Notes under the pieces: generated by a model
Seen by the model: only the letters and a program-made list of their open reading frames with translations
The model's database searches: none
What the model was told of the DNA's origin: nothing
Shown here: positions 51,903 to 64,000 of the stretch, piece by piece
Layout of the letters: the number at the start of each line of letters is the position of its first letter
Position numbering within the stretch: the stretch's first letter is position 1
Translations under genes and position numbers: made by a program
DNA from: Paraspadella gotoi
Lineage: Eukaryota > Animalia > Chaetognatha
Length of the DNA: 64,000 nt
Direction of reading: 5' to 3'
NCBI GenBank assembly: GCA_051294375.1
Contig: CM119269.1
Location: forward strand, 15,844,711-15,908,710

Positions 51903-52695
51903 AAGTCGGATCTGCCCTAAATCTTTATTGGTAATAAAATAATTAATAATTAATTAATTAATATTTATTTAATTCAAGTTAATTAATTAATTAGTTAATT
52001 AAATAATTAACTTGATATGAAATGTTTGTTTTCATTGATTAATTGACTGATTAATTAATAATTTATTATTAATTGACTAATTGATTTATTAACTGATTAA
52101 TTATTTGATTAATTTATACATCTTGCACTTATATTTAATATATAAAGAAAAAGAAGCATAATCAATTAGTGAAACAGGTTCTTTGTTTTTTTCCATTTAA
52201 ACTCATTTCTTCTCAAACGATTCCATCGAAACTTTATTTCCAGCTTAATCACACACTTTCCTACCCACATACAAAATTTCAGGTGAATTGCCCCATCCAC
52301 TCACGAGTAATTGGTGTTCAAATAATGAAATATATTTTTTTGTTTTTTCTATTTAAACTCATTTCCACTCGGACGATTCCATCGAAACTTCATATCCGAC
52401 TCAATCACACACTTCCTTAACCGCATACAAAATTTCATTTTAATCCATCCATCCAATCACGAGTAATTGGTGTTTTTTGTTAAGGTGGGACGGACGGACG
52501 GACGGATGGATGGACAACAGACAGACGGACAGACAGACGGATGGACGGACATCGTTTTTTTTGTGCATAATTTATCAAAATTTGACATCCTGACTTGATA
52601 TGAGTTAATGCCCGACAAGATTGAGGGGACGGACCGACGGACCGACAAAGTGAATTATAGAGTCGGGATCTGCTTATAAGCAGACCGACTAAAAA
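51903..52695 (-). mobile_element. Helentron-associated non-autonomous element (HINE/DINE-1-like)
   Basis: The minus strand begins TTTTTAGTCGG-TCTGC..GCAGA..CCGACT (terminal hairpin) then CTATAATTCACTTTGTC and a (GTCC/GTCT)n microsatellite; internal duplication (about 52190-52320 vs 52350-52475); AGTCGGATCTGC recurs at about 51904. Confidence 0.7.
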
Positions 52696-53078
52696 CTACT
52701 GCTGAGAGAGAGAGAGTGAGAGTTTAAAGACGACGTTTTTTTTTCTCTGTCGCTCTCGCCAAACTGAGTGCACTGCACTGGACCAACGATCGCGCGATTT
52801 ATTTTGAATGCGGTTTTGTTAATCGCGCGATACATCATTAGAAAATATTTAACAATCGCCTTTTTCTTGGATCTTTTTAGAATATGAAAATAAACTCGAG
52901 TTTTTTACTGACAAAACAACGGACAACGGTTAACCAAGGAAAAAGACATTATCTTGTTAACGTTCTTTATTGATTTTTTCATTGATATTATTTTGATCGT
53001 CCTCAACTTTGCCCAGTTTTTCAAGTTTTGGTTTTTTTTTTTTTTTTTTTAACCTAGTTGTTTGTGGAAGAACAGAGG

Positions 53079-54943
53079 ATGGGGAATTTGGGCGGAATGG
53101 ATTTCGAGTTCGAGGACGGCTCCTTAGTCTCGCAGCAGACGGGTGAGTTTCGGTGAACGGGGCATTGGTGATGATCTTTTTAGAGTGACAGGACCTCACA
53201 CAGGTGAAGGCGAGGGCATGGAGATACTGTGAGAGGGTGAGGGTGTGAATATCGTTTGAGAAGGAAGTGAAATTTCCTTTTAAAAGTTTTATTTCCGTTT
53301 TGGTTATGCGAAGTAGATGAATTAAAAAAATGAAATTACGCAGAAATAACTGAACTTATAAAATAATCAATAACTTAACTTAATTTCTCGATTCTCCAGA
53401 TTTGATGGGCGTGGTGCGACGAACCATCGGAAACCGCGAGACGTTTTGGGACGTGGAACGGGACTTCGTCAAGGACCCCTGGGTAGCCTGGATGGGTCAG
53501 CGGTGGCGCGACTCTTTCGTCTACGGGGTCATATACGTCATCGTCGTCTTCGGCGGCCAGCAGGTGGGACGACTGAGTCTACAGTTGAGCCACGTATGAA
53601 TGAGTTGACGTTTTGAATGAATTTTACCTCAACCATTAAATTAATCTTTCAGATAATGAAAAACCGAGAGAAGTTCGAACTGCGCGGCTGTTTGACTCTG
53701 TGGAATCTTTCCCTCGCCGTATTCAGCATCTTTGGTGCCATTAGGTAAGTTCAAAAAGTGTTAGTGAATAGAAAATTTGATGAGATTAACGATTAATAAA
53801 TTTTGCCTTAAACCATCAAAGCCTGTCCAAAGTCAGGGGCAAGAGAGCTTATTTATTAAATGAATAAATAATTTTTATATTGGTTGTACAAATTACATAG
53901 CATCACAATTTTTTTAAGATCTATTTTTATTTGAATGTCAATATTTGAATTTCTCACTAAGTAGCCTTTAGTTATAATATATCGATATTAACAGTAACCA
54001 ATTCCTCTATCATTATTTCCAAGGTGCATCTCGGAATTGGTGGAAGTCATTCACACGAAAGGATGGAAGGCTTCCATCTTGGATAACGGGTTTTACGACG
54101 GTTCAACGGGTAAGACAATTACGGATTACAACGACATCAAAAACAACGAAATCAACGTAACTTTTTTTCGACGTCGCAGGTTTTTGGGTCATGCTCTTTT
54201 CGTTCAGCAAACTCGTCGAATTGGGCGATACCGCCTTTATCGTCTTGAGGAAGCAGCCTTTGATTTTTCTTCATTGGTATCACCACATGACCACACTCTG
54301 CTACGGGTGGCAATCCTACTCCGAGCAGACGGCAACGGGTAAGGCTCGTTTCCGGGATATGGTGCATGTGACGTAATGAGACATAAATAAACGTATGTAC
54401 ATTTTTCATGCGCGAAACATTCGCGATATGAAACTGTGAATTGAAAAATGTATTTAGTATTTATTTAATTTTTTTTTTTCAGGTCGCTGGTTCGTGGCAA
54501 TGAACTTCTTTGTCCATTCGCTAATGTATTCCTACTATGCGATAAGAGCCATGAAATTTCGGCCTCCTCGTTGGGTTATGATTTCCATCACCAGTGCGTA
54601 TTTGTAATTAATTTTAATTTTATTTTTCGTATTTTTAAACATAATTGTATTAATTTACTAGGTCTGCAGATTCTTCAGATGTTGATAGGGTGCTCGATCG
54701 GGTTTTACATCCTAAACCTGAAGCTTCACGGTAAAATTGTTTATTAATGTTCCTTAATGTTTAATAATTAATTTTCCGCGATCGCCCTCTACAGGTGAGC
54801 AAGTGAACCAATCGTGGCGAAACCTATCCTATTGTTTCATCGTCTATATTTCTTACTTCGTCCTCTTCTCACACTTTTTCTACACGACTTACTACGCAAA
54901 TAAAAATAAAATGAGCGTCGAAAAGAAAGAAAAAGCGAAATGA
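53079..54943 (+). CDS. ELOVL6: Fatty acid elongase, ELOVL3/6 (baldspot-like) class
   Basis: Exons about 53079-53142, 53400-53563, 53653-53744, 54024-54108, 54180-54338, 54483-54593, 54662-54730, 54795-54943. Motifs [69 protein letters not shown]; C-terminal di-lysine ER motif KKEKAK*. Confidence 0.93.
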
Positions 54944-55661
54944 ATCTTTTGTATAATGAATAAAACATATATATGTAAATATTGTTGTACTTTTATTTTT
55001 CTAATGAAGTTAATGCACGAAATGTTTATTTTCCGTCGAATCCCCTTTCCGCAAATCTTTATTTTTTTTTAATTATTTTTTTTTGTCTATTGAAATCTGT
55101 GAGGTAAAATTAATTTCTTTTAATTGACAAATATAATAATTTTTGTTATTCCTCGTGTTTTATTGCTGTTTCGGTCACGATTGATTCATCTTTAATAAAA
55201 AGCGAGCGCAGTAAACAATCAATCAAGCAATTAATTCATTCTTTAATTAATTAATTAATTAATACATTAATTTTTGGCTAATTTTGATTTATTTTTCTTA
55301 AACATCTTGATTATTGAACCGAACAAACTAAGGAACAAAAACTATTCACTTTATCTTTATCGGTCGAATTCATCGACGACGACGACGACGACGACGATAA
55401 TCCGAAGCTTCATAAACCTCAAGTTTTCGAGGATCGAGCGAGCGAAAGAAAAAGCTCGTACGATCCCTCGATCCTTCGCGTTGTGCCTCGATCCTCAGTT
55501 TAGCTGCTCGCAGCAAGAGAAAGGGCCCTACTCGAGCCTGAGTAAATACTTGATATAATCAACGAAAAAAAAACGCGTAGTTATTTCTCTTTAAAAAATT
55601 TATTAAAGAAAAGACTTTAAAAACCTATAAAACTATTTTTCAATAAACACCAAACTTCAAG

Positions 55662-62998
<7,337 letters not shown>

Positions 62999-63151
62999 GT
63001 GAGTTGGAGAATTGGAGAATTAGAGAAGATTTATTCTATCATTGCCAAGGATACGAATTATTGTGTTAGCAGAAAAAAATTCTTCTACTTGCCTAATTCT
63101 GATGTACCTACATAAGAGAGGCTCGTATCAAATAGTTTCAATAGTAAAAAT

Positions 63152-64000
63152 TTAAGGAATACAGAACGAAAACAATGTCAGGTTACAAATGAGCATATTT
63201 ATTGCACCATATTGAGATCTTTCGACACCATTTTGGTTTGACGGAAAAAGAGACGTATCTTCATTGTTGGATGTAAAATACCTTTTAATTTTCGTCAAAA
63301 ATCTTTGAATCATCGCGGGACGTCGGCCAAAATCAAAATGGCTAAACATACGAGCAAGGATCCAACTGTGAAGCGCCAAAATTTTAAAATGTGAATTGAA
63401 TTGTTTTTGTTACGGCATTGAAAGAAACGGAGCTTACCCGAGGAGAAAATCGTGGGCGTTGGTATTTAAAAATATGACACCGTGAATATAAGTGAAAGGA
63501 ATCTCCAATGTGTCGCCTATTGCCGTCATTGATGAACTTCCTTCCTACTCCATTTAAAAAAAACTATTTAAAATGATCTAGATATTGTGTCACTTTTTTG
63601 ATTATGAAAAAATAAATACTTTAGCAAAATAATTTAGGTAAAAAAGACAATTTTCTTACTTGAACAGAAAGGATGTTGAAAATCCTCGCCAGCAAATCGA
63701 GGATTCCAACCAAAAAACCTCTAAAAATATCGGTCCATTGTATTACGGACACTTTCGCTAGCAAGTCCGTTCCATTGAGGATGTACATCGTGATGGGAAT
63801 AACGACCAGGCCTTTTGAAAGGAAAGGACAATTCGTCGCAACACGTTTTTAAAATAAGATGTAAATTATGGCGATGGACTTATTGTACGTAGTGCTGTCA
63901 TAAATCAAAGATCTTGCTCAGTAGACATCAGACAACTTACCAGCTGGAGTGTAGGCCCATTGCCAAACGACCCAGTGTATCTCCTTAAATTGACCCAAGA
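63152..64000 (-). CDS. 3' exons of an EamA/SLC35G-like drug-metabolite transporter gene, continuing beyond the window
   Basis: Minus-strand exons >64000-63941, 63811-63660, 63544-63438, 63365 to about 63152 with GT-AG ends: LGQFKEIHWVVWQWAYTPA|GLVVIPITMYILNG..WTDIFRGFLVGILRF.ARIFNILSVQ|EGSSSMTAIGDTLEIPFTYIHGVIFL..PTIFSS|VGSLLVCLAILILA. Needs 2-3 single-base indels; the stop position is uncertain. Confidence 0.65.

Overview
Eukaryotic (invertebrate animal) genomic DNA: short GT-AG introns, GC-rich exons, AT-rich introns with many (CT)n/(GA)n microsatellites, several N gaps and indel-rich stretches typical of noisy long-read gap filling. The ORF track is mostly uninformative, so the genes were rebuilt by hand from splice sites. 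Genes found: (1) the 3' part of a SOL-1-like multi-CUB/LDLa/TM gene; (2) a secreted protein with an LU (three-finger) domain, about 13 EGF repeats and a chitin-binding CBM14 domain, with (3) a C-type lectin gene nested in one of its introns; (4) an orphan single-pass membrane protein; (5) a GH20 beta-hexosaminidase on the minus strand with a GPI-like tail; (6) an ELOVL3/6-type elongase; (7) eEF2, whose introns carry a C/D snoRNA candidate; (8) the 3' end of an antisense EamA/SLC35G-like transporter gene. Two multi-kb blocks are duplicated and look like assembly or haplotype artefacts. The most unusual signal is a set of about 250-bp intronic insertions with shared TGTGGC...GCCATA ends, 4-bp target-site duplications and strand-specific, covarying secondary structure. 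Family assignments rest on motifs recognised from memory; no database search or folding program was run.
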